The notes under the pieces are model-generated. The model saw only the letters and a list, made by a program, of their open reading frames with translations. It searched no databases and was not told the DNA's origin. Position numbers and translations under genes: made by a program. A stretch of 64,000 bases of DNA from an uncultured virus (IMG/VR IMGVR_UViG_3300027782_000042) (Duplodnaviria; Heunggongvirae; Uroviricota; Caudoviricetes). Location of the stretch: IMG/VR virus record IMGVR_UViG_3300027782_000042; one strand, written 5' to 3'. This document shows, in pieces, positions 19,805 through 29,850 of the stretch; positions within the stretch are counted from its first letter, which is position 1; each line of letters opens with the position of its first letter.

Positions 19805-20524
19805 ATGAAAATATTAGGACCTAATGAAATTGGAAAGGGCATTCTTATAGAATATGATGCGGGATACATTAATCCAAGAACTGTAAACAATCAATATATA
19901 CTTGAGTCTAATAATAATAATTTAGACCATTCAAAACCATTTGAATTTTATGCGGTATTACAAAAATACGATACCCCAAATAGAAACGGTAGAATTTACC
20001 CTGAAAAAATTCTAAAAAGAGAATCTGAGAATTATAAAAAAATGATCGATAAGGGAACCTCTCTTTCTGAATTAAATCACCCTGAATCATCATTAATTGA
20101 TTTAGATAGAGTTTCACACATTATCACCGAAGTTTGGTGGGATGGTCCGGTTCTTTTAGGTAAATTGAGATTACTTACAAGTCCAGGATTTCATGAAAGT
20201 GGTATATGTTCAACAAAAGGTGACTTAGCGGCAAATTACCTAAGACAAGGAGTTACTTTAGGTATATCCTCTCGTGGTGTAGGATCATTAAAAAAGGTTG
20301 GAGAACAAAACGAAGTACAGGATGATTTTGAACTTATATGTTTTGATTTAGTGTCTTCACCATCAACTCCTGGTGCTTATTTATTCTTAGATAAAAATGA
20401 CAGATCAAAATTTGATGAGAATTTAGAAGAAAATAAAAAAATGTCAGTAGAAAGAAATGTTGGTGAATCCGGAAATAAATCTCTTGACTTAATGAAAAGA
20501 TTAACCGATTATTTGGGTAAATAA
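19805..20524 (+). CDS. Prohead core protease (T4 gp21-like)
   Basis: NRNGRIYP, ELNHP, VSHII, GISSRGVGS, FDLVSSPSTPGA. Confidence 0.92.
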   Translation: MKILGPNEIGKGILIEYDAGYINPRTVNNQYILESNNNNLDHSKPFEFYAVLQKYDTPNRNGRIYPEKILKRESENYKKMIDKGTSLSELNHPESSLIDLDRVSHIITEVWWDGPVLLGKLRLLTSPGFHESGICSTKGDLAANYLRQGVTLGISSRGVGSLKKVGEQNEVQDDFELICFDLVSSPSTPGAYLFLDKNDRSKFDENLEENKKMSVERNVGESGNKSLDLMKRLTDYLGK

Positions 20525-20532
20525 AAAAAATT

Positions 20533-20748
20533 ATGGAACAAGGAGAAAAATATTTTGTAGCAAAAATTGCTTCTGATTTATTAGATAGTGAATCAGGAAA
20601 AGTAAAAAAAGTAAAAGAAGAAAAATTAGTTTTAGGGTATACCCCAACGGATGTTGAGGCAAAAGTAACCAAAGTTTACGAACACTATACAATGGATTGG
20701 AGAATTACTTCAATTACAGAAAGTAAGATTGATGAGGTTATTGAATAA
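20533..20748 (+). CDS. Small protein, DUF4494-like
   Basis: YFVAKI...SGKVKKVKEEKLV...TDVEAKV...I.SI.ESKIDEVI resembles Bacteroidota DUF4494. Confidence 0.5.
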   Translation: MEQGEKYFVAKIASDLLDSESGKVKKVKEEKLVLGYTPTDVEAKVTKVYEHYTMDWRITSITESKIDEVIE

Positions 20749-20768
20749 ATAAAAAACTTAAAATTTTG

Positions 20769-20800
20769 AAAAGGAGGTACTAATAATACCTCCTTTTTTT
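20769..20800 (+). terminator. Rho-independent terminator
   Basis: AAAAGGAGGTA-ctaataa-TACCTCCTTTTTTT. Confidence 0.75.
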
Positions 20801-20866
20801 ATTTATATTAATAAAAACTGAATTTTTTACAAACTCATAATATTTATTTGATAAAACAAACTATAA

Positions 20867-22561
20867 ATGAGTAGAAAAACAGTAGTAGAAGAGGCAGTTA
20901 TCCAAATGAAAAATTTAGAAGACGCTCTTAAAGAAAACGCAAAAGGAATACTTGCTTCGACAATGAGACAAGAAATCAAATCACTAGTAAAAGAATCTCT
21001 GAAAGAACAAGATGAGGTTGACACTGATGACGAAGAAGAGGTTGATATTGTATCGCCTGATGACGAAGAAGACGTTAATGTTGACGATGAGGAAACTTTT
21101 GACGTAGAAGACGATGACATGGATCTAGAAGACGATGACATGGACGTAGAAGATGAAGACATGGACGACGAAGATGAAGACATGGACGTTAATATGGATC
21201 TTGACATGGATGACGAAGAAGAAACTATCGACATGAGAGGCGCTAGCGACGAAGATGTTGCGGTTGTATTCTCTAAGATGGGTAAAAATGATAAAGTTTC
21301 TATCGAAAAAATTGGTGACTATTATGATCTTAAAGACACTGAAAATGACACTGAATATATTATAAAATTAAATGAATCTGATGAGGATGAGTTTGGTTCT
21401 ATGATGGGTTCTCGTTTTAAAGATGAAGATCGTTTTGGTTCTATGATGAGTTCTAGTTTTGATGATGAAGAAAATGATGAAGAGTTGGGAACTATGAGAG
21501 GTCGTTATTTCGGTGACGAAGAAGTGGAAGATGAGTTTGGATCTATGATGGGTTCTACCTTTGATGATGAAGATCGTTTTGGATCTATGAAAGGCGGACG
21601 TTTTGATGATGAAGATCGTTTTGGATCTATGAAAGGCGGACGTTTTGGTAGAGAACCAGAAGAAACTATTTATGAGTTAGAAATCGGTGAGGAAATGGAA
21701 GGAGACGTTGGTTTAGGTGAAGACCTTGATGAAATGTACATGGATGAAGATATGTCTTATGAAGATCTTGGTGAAATGTATATGGATGAAGATATGACTT
21801 ATGAAGACCTTGATGAAATGTTTGTTGAGGAAGATTCATTAAATTGGGATAACCTAAAAACAAGAAGTCAAATGTCGATGATGGAATCTAAACAAAAAAC
21901 AGGAAATGCGTCAAAATTTAAATATAGTAAAAAACCAAACCAAGAAGGTGGGTTTGATACAAAAATGAAAGAAGGTTCTAAACGTTATGGAAAATCAGGT
22001 AAAGCTAATTTTGATTACGATAACGAAGACCCAAATTCAGAAATTGTGATGAAAATTGTGAACAAAATTACTAAAGGTAAAAAAATTGAAACTAAAGAGG
22101 CTTCAAGAACATTGGCAAACAACAGAAAGGTAAAAAGAAACTTAATGGCATCACCAAGTCAATTGAAAGAAGAAGTTGAAGTACTAAGAGAAAAGAATGA
22201 CGAATACAGAAAAGCCCTTGATTTGTTTAGAACAAAATTAAATGAGGTGGCGGTATTCAATTCTAACTTGGCATACGCAACAAGATTGTTCACAGAACAT
22301 TCAACAACTAAACCAGAAAAAATAAATATTTTGAGAAGATTCGATAATGTTGAATCTTTAAAAGAATCCAAAAATCTTTATCAAATTCTTAAAGGTGAAT
22401 TATCTAACAATAATTTATCTGATAATAGTATTAACGAATCATTTAATAGAACCGTAACAAAATCTCCGTCTACGGGATCTTCGGTTAATTTAATTGAATC
22501 AAAAACATACGAAAATCCACAATTCTTAAGAATGAAAGACTTAATGGGTAAAATAAAATAA
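20867..22561 (+). CDS. Prohead scaffold/core protein, highly acidic with internal repeats
   Basis: Lies between protease and MCP; D/E-rich tract; DEDRFGSMKGGRF repeats; coiled-coil C-terminus. Confidence 0.75.
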   Translation: MSRKTVVEEAVIQMKNLEDALKENAKGILASTMRQEIKSLVKESLKEQDEVDTDDEEEVDIVSPDDEEDVNVDDEETFDVEDDDMDLEDDDMDVEDEDMDDEDEDMDVNMDLDMDDEEETIDMRGASDEDVAVVFSKMGKNDKVSIEKIGDYYDLKDTENDTEYIIKLNESDEDEFGSMMGSRFKDEDRFGSMMSSSFDDEENDEELGTMRGRYFGDEEVEDEFGSMMGSTFDDEDRFGSMKGGRFDDEDRFGSMKGGRFGREPEETIYELEIGEEMEGDVGLGEDLDEMYMDEDMSYEDLGEMYMDEDMTYEDLDEMFVEEDSLNWDNLKTRSQMSMMESKQKTGNASKFKYSKKPNQEGGFDTKMKEGSKRYGKSGKANFDYDNEDPNSEIVMKIVNKITKGKKIETKEASRTLANNRKVKRNLMASPSQLKEEVEVLREKNDEYRKALDLFRTKLNEVAVFNSNLAYATRLFTEHSTTKPEKINILRRFDNVESLKESKNLYQILKGELSNNNLSDNSINESFNRTVTKSPSTGSSVNLIESKTYENPQFLRMKDLMGKIK

Positions 22562-22634
22562 AATAAACTTTTTAAAACAAACGTATATTTATAATATACA
22601 TAAATAAAAAATAAAGCAAAAAAAACAAATAAAA

Positions 22635-24512
22635 ATGGGAGCATTATTAGAATCAGGTCTTGTTGGTAATATTGGGTTAAAACACCTTAAAGTTATCAAA
22701 GAAGACACAATTAACAAATGGGATAGATTAGGATTCCTTGAAGGCCTTAAAGGTCACCTAAAAGAAAACGTAGCACAGTTATATGAAAACCAAGCTTCTT
22801 TCTTGATTAACGAATCAACTTCTGAAACTTCTAACGGAGCGTTCGAAACTGTTGTTTTCCCTATCGTAAGAAGAGTTTTCTCTAAATTGTTAGCGAATGA
22901 TATCGTATCAGTACAAGCAATGAACTTACCAATCGGTAAATTGTTCTTCTTTGTACCTCGTATACAAGGGTATAATTCAGACCCTGCAATTGCCAATCCA
23001 GGTGGAACTCACTATTCTCCAATCGGATCTCCACAAGCAATTGCTGATGGTAATAATGATCCTAACCAAGGATATCCAGGTGGACCAGGAACACCATACA
23101 CTAAAAATCTTTATGATTTATTTTATGAAGGTAATGAGGCAGGATTAGATCCTCCAGGATTGTTCGATTACTCAAAAGGTCAGTGGACTGCGGTAACTCA
23201 ACCGGCTATTGCACAAGTATGGTCAGGTTCAAACTTAGTTGCAGCGACTAACCAATTTGACGGTGAAGTTACAAGAAAAATGATTGTTAAACTTTGTGGA
23301 TTTAATAACGCAGGTGTTGGTAAATTAATAGGACCTGATGGTAACGAAATCGATACTGAAACTTTCTTATCAGATCTTAAAATCGTTGCAGACTTAAGTG
23401 TGTTAACAGGATCTACAGGTTGTCCTAATTTAGATGAACTTGGAAATACAAATTTATCCGCACCATTATTATTTAGAGTTGTTACTCAAATTTATGGTAA
23501 AGGTATTGTACAACCTACATCATCATCATTCCAAACTACTTACCCAACTAACGGTAACGGTGGTTCTTTCAATGACATTTGTAGCCAAGATGGTTGTATC
23601 TATTTAGAAGTTGATCTTTCTTGTCCAGCATGTGCTGATTGTGGAGCAACTACATTAGATGGTTACACAGGAACAACAATTGGTGAATTAACGAATAATA
23701 CAGCCACTTTAGGATCATCTCCATTCCAAGCTGTTTATAGAAGATATAAAAGTTTAGAATTCGAAGATCAAATTGGTGAAGTTTCTTTTGACCTTGAGTC
23801 AGTTACTGTATCTGTTACAGAAAGAAAACTAAGAGCACAATGGTCTCCTGAATTAGCACAAGACGTTGCAGCATTCCATAACATCGATGCTGAAGCTGAA
23901 TTGACGGCATTGTTGTCAGAACAAGTTGCAGCTGAGATCGACCGTGAAATTTTACGTGACTTACGTAAAGGAGCGGCTTGGAACCTACGTTGGGATTACA
24001 ACGGATGGAGAAGACTACAATTAACTACATCTTATACTCAAAAAGATTGGAACCAAACTTTGATCACTGCGATCAATCAGTTGTCGGCACAAATCCACAA
24101 ATCTACTTTAAGAGGTGGAGCTAACTGGATCGTTGTTTCTTCTGAGGTTTCTGCAATCTTTGATGACTTAGAATACTTCCACGTATCTAACGCATCTCCT
24201 GAGCAAGATCAGTATAACATGGGTATTGAGAGAGTTGGTACTTTGTCAGGACGTTACCAAGTTTACCGTGATCCTTACTTCCCACCAAACACAATTTTGA
24301 TCGGACACAAAGGAACATCATTGTTAGACACAGGTTACATCTACGCACCGTACGTACCTCTACAATTAACACCTACAATGTACAATCCATTCAACTTTAC
24401 ACCTATCAAAGGTATTATGACAAGATACGCTAAGAAAATGGTTAACAACCGTTTCTACGCAAGAGTCACAGTTGATGGAGTTAGAACATTTGACTTAAGA
24501 GAATTGAGATAA
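22635..24512 (+). CDS. Major capsid protein (T4 gp23-like) with large insertion
   Basis: IVSVQAMNLPIGKLF, RKLRAQWSPELAQDVAAFHNIDAEAELTALLSEQVAAEIDREIL, GYIYAPYVPL, PIKGIMTRYA. Confidence 0.95.
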   Translation: MGALLESGLVGNIGLKHLKVIKEDTINKWDRLGFLEGLKGHLKENVAQLYENQASFLINESTSETSNGAFETVVFPIVRRVFSKLLANDIVSVQAMNLPIGKLFFFVPRIQGYNSDPAIANPGGTHYSPIGSPQAIADGNNDPNQGYPGGPGTPYTKNLYDLFYEGNEAGLDPPGLFDYSKGQWTAVTQPAIAQVWSGSNLVAATNQFDGEVTRKMIVKLCGFNNAGVGKLIGPDGNEIDTETFLSDLKIVADLSVLTGSTGCPNLDELGNTNLSAPLLFRVVTQIYGKGIVQPTSSSFQTTYPTNGNGGSFNDICSQDGCIYLEVDLSCPACADCGATTLDGYTGTTIGELTNNTATLGSSPFQAVYRRYKSLEFEDQIGEVSFDLESVTVSVTERKLRAQWSPELAQDVAAFHNIDAEAELTALLSEQVAAEIDREILRDLRKGAAWNLRWDYNGWRRLQLTTSYTQKDWNQTLITAINQLSAQIHKSTLRGGANWIVVSSEVSAIFDDLEYFHVSNASPEQDQYNMGIERVGTLSGRYQVYRDPYFPPNTILIGHKGTSLLDTGYIYAPYVPLQLTPTMYNPFNFTPIKGIMTRYAKKMVNNRFYARVTVDGVRTFDLRELR

Positions 24513-24532
24513 TCAATTAAACTGAATAAGAG

Positions 24533-24562
24533 AAAAGGAGATAAGAAATTATCTCCTTTTTT
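24533..24562 (+). terminator. Terminator after MCP
   Basis: AAAAGGAGATAA-gaaa-TTATCTCCTTTTTT. Confidence 0.8.
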
Positions 24563-24658
24563 GTTATGAGCTAATTTATAACACCATTATGCTCGACCGA
24601 TCAAATTAATATCTAACACTAAATAATTTCATAAGTATTTATTAGTAAATGATATCTT

Positions 24659-27106
24659 ATGAAAAATTCTCTACTTATTTTTTTTGTTATACTAACAAGT
24701 TTTTTTGTTAGATCACAAGTAAGTTCTTACACATTTGGAACATCGACTGGAACCTATACACCAATAGTTGGTGGGGTCAACTATGATAACTTTACAAGTT
24801 GGTCAAATACAAATTTTTTAGATGATAATAATTCGGCAGCGTTAGAATCAATTGGTTTTAATTTTATATATAATGGAACAACGTATACTCAATTTGCGGT
24901 TAACACTAATGGATTTATAACATTAGGATCATTACCAACTAGTAGTTATTTACCACTATCAACAGGAACGTCAAATAATGTTATATCAGCAATGGGAGCT
25001 GATTTAATAGGACGTGGGTCGTTATTAGCAAATAGAACTTCTGGTAGTGCGGTAATTACAATTACGGGTGGTGACATATCACTAATATCGGTTGGGGATA
25101 AGGTAAGTGGTACAGGTATTCCCGCAGGAGCTACGGTATTATCTAAAACCGCAACCACTGTAACAATTTCTGCAAATGCAACAAGTGGAGGTACCGGATT
25201 TCATTTTAGATTTAGTAGGTCAACATTTGGTATTAGATTTCAAACAATAGGGACCTCACCAAATAGGACATTAGTCGTTCAATGGACAGGATGGCAAAGA
25301 TATACCACAACAGGTGGTTTTGGTGAATTATATAACTTTCAGATAAGATTAAATGAGACCACAAATACAATCAACGTGGTCTATAATATACAAGGACCAA
25401 CAAGTACTACCGCAACAACATTTCAGGTAGGTTTAAGAGGAACCTCAAACACTGATTTTAATAACAGAACAACCACAACAAATTGGGCATCAACAACCGC
25501 AGGCACATCAAACAGTTCAACAGTTACACTATCAAATACAGTTAAACCAACTTCAGGATTAACATATACGTGGACTCCACCATCTTGTACTGCCCCCTCA
25601 TCATTATTGGTGACTTACACATCACCAACATCCGCCAACTTATCTTGGGCGGCATCACCATCATTACCAACAAATGGATATGAATGGGAAATTAGAACTT
25701 CAGGTTTAGGGGGAAGTGGAGCAACGGGATTAGTTGCTAGTGGTAGTGTTGGTGCTGGTGTTACATCTTCTTCCACCTCATCACTAACTCAAAATACCAC
25801 ATATATATTATATGTTAGAAGTAATTGTGGAGGATTATATAGTTCTTGGAACGCATCTGCAAGTTCAACATCACCAGTACCAGCACCCTCAAATGATAAC
25901 TGTTCAAATGCAACATCACTTCCTTGTGGGACATCAGGACTTGCGGGAACAACTGTTGGTTCTGTTTCAGAAACCGCACCTTTAGGATATTCATCACCTT
26001 ACGGTGTATGGTATAGTTTTGTTGGTGATGGTCAAAATACAACTATTACTTCAGTTGCAGGAACAGGATTTGACCACGAAATGGTTATTATGAGTGGAAC
26101 CATATGTGGTGCAACATATACGTTAGTGACTGACCAAGATGTTGGTTTTTCAGGTGGTACTGAAACTTATACGTTCACAACAGTAAACGGTACTCAGTAT
26201 TATGTGTATATAGCTTATTATAGTACCACAGGTTTGTCAACTAATACAGGAACCTTTACAATGACAAGAACCTGTGTCGCACCACCAACACCACCAGTTA
26301 ACGATAATCCGTCAGGTGCAATATCAATAACCCTTAATACTGGAACATATTCAACATACACAAACGTAAATGCAACATCAACATCAGAAGCAACACCAAG
26401 TTGTGCTAGTTATACGGGTGAAGACGTTTGGTTTAGTGTTGTTGTCCCATCAAATGGTATTGTGGAGATAGATTTGATACAGGGAGTTATTACTGATGGT
26501 GGTATGTCAATATATACAGGTTCTATTGGTTCTTTAACTCAAGTTGCTTGTGATGATGATAATAGCGTTAATGGTTTAATGCCTTACTTATATTTAACAG
26601 GATTAGGTGCCGGACAAACAATATATATTAGAGTTTGGGAATATGGTGGAGGAACCACAGGAACTTTTGGTATCCTTGCAAATTCACCTATTGGATTACC
26701 TGTAGAGTTATTATATTTTGAAGGTTATGGTTATCCATCTTACAACAATTTAAAGTGGTCAACCGCATCGGAATATAACTCAGATTACTTTTTACTTGAA
26801 AGGAGTATAGATGGAGAACAATGGGATTATGTTGGAACCACAAAAGCAACGGGAAATAGTACTCAAGTAGTTAATTACTTATATGTGGATAATTTTAGAT
26901 TTAATGGGTCTGTTTATTATAAATTAAATCAGTTTGATTTTGATGGTAATTTTAAAGTGTACGGTCCAATATCAATTAATAATACACACACAAATAAAAA
27001 GGTAGTTAAATACATTAACCTTTTTGGTCAAGAAGTAAGTTCAGAAACAAACGGGTTTATTTTTGAGGTGTATGAAGATGGTACAACTAAAAGAATAATT
27101 AGATAA
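24659..27106 (+). CDS. Secreted Ser/Thr/Gly-rich beta-protein resembling Bacteroidota T9SS cargo (Fn3-like, LPVEL domain, CTD-like tail)
   Basis: Signal peptide ending VRS|Q; SANLSW...YEWEIR...YILYVRSNC Fn3-like; two P.ND..S.A modules; GLPVELLYFEG..LKWSTASEYNSDYFLLERSIDG; C-terminus YINLFGQEV...FEVYEDGTTKRIIR. Confidence 0.75.
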   Translation: MKNSLLIFFVILTSFFVRSQVSSYTFGTSTGTYTPIVGGVNYDNFTSWSNTNFLDDNNSAALESIGFNFIYNGTTYTQFAVNTNGFITLGSLPTSSYLPLSTGTSNNVISAMGADLIGRGSLLANRTSGSAVITITGGDISLISVGDKVSGTGIPAGATVLSKTATTVTISANATSGGTGFHFRFSRSTFGIRFQTIGTSPNRTLVVQWTGWQRYTTTGGFGELYNFQIRLNETTNTINVVYNIQGPTSTTATTFQVGLRGTSNTDFNNRTTTTNWASTTAGTSNSSTVTLSNTVKPTSGLTYTWTPPSCTAPSSLLVTYTSPTSANLSWAASPSLPTNGYEWEIRTSGLGGSGATGLVASGSVGAGVTSSSTSSLTQNTTYILYVRSNCGGLYSSWNASASSTSPVPAPSNDNCSNATSLPCGTSGLAGTTVGSVSETAPLGYSSPYGVWYSFVGDGQNTTITSVAGTGFDHEMVIMSGTICGATYTLVTDQDVGFSGGTETYTFTTVNGTQYYVYIAYYSTTGLSTNTGTFTMTRTCVAPPTPPVNDNPSGAISITLNTGTYSTYTNVNATSTSEATPSCASYTGEDVWFSVVVPSNGIVEIDLIQGVITDGGMSIYTGSIGSLTQVACDDDNSVNGLMPYLYLTGLGAGQTIYIRVWEYGGGTTGTFGILANSPIGLPVELLYFEGYGYPSYNNLKWSTASEYNSDYFLLERSIDGEQWDYVGTTKATGNSTQVVNYLYVDNFRFNGSVYYKLNQFDFDGNFKVYGPISINNTHTNKKVVKYINLFGQEVSSETNGFIFEVYEDGTTKRIIR

Positions 27107-27109
27107 AAA

Positions 27110-27337
27110 TTATTCTTTGGGGGAATTGTTTTTAGATAGTATTCTGATTGCTTTAGATAGTACTTCTGTTTCTCCAATAGAGAAAGATCCTCTATTATAT
27201 GATGATTTTACTGACTCAATCAAGTAGTATAATGCATATTCTTTATCCATTGTAGATAACATTACTTCTAAATGTTCTTCAGACAAAAGAGTTATATTAT
27301 CAAAAAGTACCCCAAAGTTTTTATTTTCTTGTTCCAT
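27110..27337 (-). CDS. Hypothetical protein
   Basis: 75 aa ORF. Confidence 0.55.
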   Translation of the reverse strand: MEQENKNFGVLFDNITLLSEEHLEVMLSTMDKEYALYYLIESVKSSYNRGSFSIGETEVLSKAIRILSKNNSPKE

Positions 27338-27365
27338 AATTATTAAATGTGATATTTATATAATA

Positions 27366-28286
27366 ATGAATATAAAAGACATTGTAAATAAAATTATTAA
27401 AGAAGCGTCGTCAGAGAGTGGTAGTCGTGGTTCGTATGTTGCACCATTACAACCAGGATTTAGAGTCTTTAAAAAAAATATATTAGCGCCTTTTACAGAT
27501 GAGGTTGGTCATTATGATAGTCCTTTATTACAGTATGATAGTTACGACGGGAAAATGGACGAAACTCCAAAACAAATAAAAAAAATTGAGGGGAAATCCA
27601 AAAAAGTTACAAACTACATTAAAAAACATCCACTATCAACATTTAGTGATGATGATGGTAATAGTATAAATCAAACGCCGGGTAGAGGTAAAAAAATTGT
27701 TCCAATAAAGGAGTCAGATACCACAATCACTGCTGGTGAGTATAGTGATCCAATTGAAATTGGGTTAAGGAAGTGGAAAACTCACCATTTATCTCCGTTT
27801 ACATATGAATTAGATCATGATGTGAACCACCTTAGTAAACAAAAAACACTTAAAAATAATATTAAACGTGTTGTTGGTATGTGGGACAAAAATAAAGATA
27901 ATTCTTATGAATATGAAGTATATGATGCCCACACAATTTCTGAAGATCTTGCCGTTTGGTTTGGTAAAAAGAAAAAACCAAAAGGATCAAAACAACCAAA
28001 AGGACCGTGGGTTGATATTTGTCGTAAGGTTGATGGTAAACACCCACCTTGTGGTAGACCTGACACAAATAAAGGATCTTACCCTAAATGTAGAGCGGCT
28101 GGAGTTGCTGGTAAAATGAGTGATTCACAAAAAAGATCTGCATGTCAACAAAAAAGAACCGCAGAAAAAAAAGACACACAAACAGGAAAAGGACAAAAAC
28201 CAATAATGACATCGTATAAAACAAAAAAAGAATCCGTAGATTCTTTGATTGATAAAATTTTAATCGAAATTAGAAACTCGTTCTAA
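27366..28286 (+). CDS. Hypothetical virion-type protein with basic Cys-containing C-terminal domain
   Basis: MNIKDIVNKIIKE leader; LAVWF...WVDICRK...PCGR...YPKCR; late motif at 27353. Confidence 0.55.
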   Translation: MNIKDIVNKIIKEASSESGSRGSYVAPLQPGFRVFKKNILAPFTDEVGHYDSPLLQYDSYDGKMDETPKQIKKIEGKSKKVTNYIKKHPLSTFSDDDGNSINQTPGRGKKIVPIKESDTTITAGEYSDPIEIGLRKWKTHHLSPFTYELDHDVNHLSKQKTLKNNIKRVVGMWDKNKDNSYEYEVYDAHTISEDLAVWFGKKKKPKGSKQPKGPWVDICRKVDGKHPPCGRPDTNKGSYPKCRAAGVAGKMSDSQKRSACQQKRTAEKKDTQTGKGQKPIMTSYKTKKESVDSLIDKILIEIRNSF

Positions 28287-28688
28287 GATATTATGTAGAG
28301 AGTTAGTAATCTGTGAATTAACGTCAATTTCATACTTAAGTCTTCTCTTATCTGCCTCAAGATCAAAAATATATGTTAATCTTTCCCAATCCCTTTCATG
28401 TAATTTAACATTATAATTATAAACGTGATTAGTGATTTCAACTCTACGATCTGTCATTGTTACAAAAATTTTCATATCGTCATTTTTAAGATAACGTTTA
28501 TCAGACATTGGGGCTATCATAAATTCTGTATCGCTATGTTGTATTATTTTAAGACATATTTTAAAACAAGTCTTTTCATATGATAGGGTTTCATCTTGAT
28601 AAGTTGGTATAATACTTGAAGATTTTTTTGACCAAATGTAAAATTTAATTTTTAATCTATTGAAGAATCTTTTTATTCTGGTTTTCAT
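28260..28688 (-). CDS. Hypothetical protein
   Basis: ORF track 28260..28721; ATG at 28688 (MKTRIKR) follows a TATATTTG element. Confidence 0.55.
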   Translation of the reverse strand: MKTRIKRFFNRLKIKFYIWSKKSSSIIPTYQDETLSYEKTCFKICLKIIQHSDTEFMIAPMSDKRYLKNDDMKIFVTMTDRRVEITNHVYNYNVKLHERDWERLTYIFDLEADKRRLKYEIDVNSQITNSLHNILERVSNFD

Positions 28689-28757
28689 ATCTATATAATG
28701 TTTGTATCTACAAATATACATAAATTATTTGAATAAAAAATATTTTTAAAAAATTTT

Positions 28758-29435
28758 TTAACAGTAAGCTCCTGAACAATGTCTTTTACCATCAAGACCT
28801 TTTATTTTACCTTTACATACTTGAACAGCATGTCCATTTGAATATGCACTTGGGTACACGTCATATTTTGCCTTTGCTGATGCCTTACCTCTTGCACAAA
28901 GAGGCGTTCCTGTTTTTTTTCTACCTTCCGCCATAACCATATCTTTATCATTCATAGACATTTCCATACCGTCTCTTTCCGTCTCATTCATTAAAAAATC
29001 AAAAACTTGATCCATATTGTTTTTTGCTTCAGAAATATGATCTTGAGCCCAATCGTGACCGTTCTCTAAAATAGATTCAACCATATCTTGATCCATATCT
29101 AATAATATTTCAGATTGTCTTTTCATTTGTTCTAAATTAGAAAAGAACATATATCTTGATGACATATCTTCTTTAGATTCTGTAATACTATTATCTCCCT
29201 TTGCGTTATTTAAATACTCAAAAGATTTTTCTCCATATATTTCATAAAGTCTTTTAAAAATTAATGCGGGATTCTTTCTTAAGTAACGTAAAACATCAGC
29301 AGGGACATATGACCCATACTTTTGACCAAAAATACTTTTAACTTCTTTTTCTCTTGGAAAAGTTCCTAATTCAGGTTCAACCGTATAATCTGACTCAGAT
29401 AAAACTTTTCTAATAATTCTTTTTAAATTTTTCAT
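28758..29435 (-). CDS. Hypothetical virion-type protein with C-terminal YPSAY motif domain
   Basis: MKNLKRIIRKVLSE leader; CARGKASAKAKYDVYPSAYSNGHAVQVCKG. Confidence 0.55.
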   Translation of the reverse strand: MKNLKRIIRKVLSESDYTVEPELGTFPREKEVKSIFGQKYGSYVPADVLRYLRKNPALIFKRLYEIYGEKSFEYLNNAKGDNSITESKEDMSSRYMFFSNLEQMKRQSEILLDMDQDMVESILENGHDWAQDHISEAKNNMDQVFDFLMNETERDGMEMSMNDKDMVMAEGRKKTGTPLCARGKASAKAKYDVYPSAYSNGHAVQVCKGKIKGLDGKRHCSGAYC

Positions 29436-29439
29436 AAAT

Positions 29440-29829
29440 TTAATTATTTAATCCGTTTTGACCACCTAAAGTGATTGCATTTAATTGAGTAACTTCTGTA
29501 CCGTAATTGTCAGTCCAAACTGGATGAGGGGATGGAACGCTTGTCACGGTGTTTCCTGATGGACCACAAATCTCAATACAAATATTCTCTTCTGTGTTTG
29601 CGCTTCTTGGTATATCAATAATACATTCATGACAATTATCATATAGGGTCATTGCCGAATATGTTGTTGGTGGAAAAGGTAGACTAAGAGATAATACGGT
29701 ACCACAAATAGTTTCTCCTGTTAGTCCATCACTAAATGAATAAGTTTCTCCTGTTGTGGGTATAACCGCACCAAAATCAACTGTAAAAGTATTTAATGAT
29801 GAACATTGTTCTAATGTATAATTTGCCAT
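29440..29829 (-). CDS. Cys-containing hypothetical structural protein
   Basis: 129 aa; late motif upstream at 29841-29847. Confidence 0.5.
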   Translation of the reverse strand: MANYTLEQCSSLNTFTVDFGAVIPTTGETYSFSDGLTGETICGTVLSLSLPFPPTTYSAMTLYDNCHECIIDIPRSANTEENICIEICGPSGNTVTSVPSPHPVWTDNYGTEVTQLNAITLGGQNGLNN

Positions 29830-29850
29830 ATCTTTATTTAATAAATATCT

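Noticed and set aside
14476..24512. Inteins or introns in terminase, portal or capsid genes
   Set aside because: ORFs are continuous and show no recognisable intein splice-junction or homing-endonuclease motifs.
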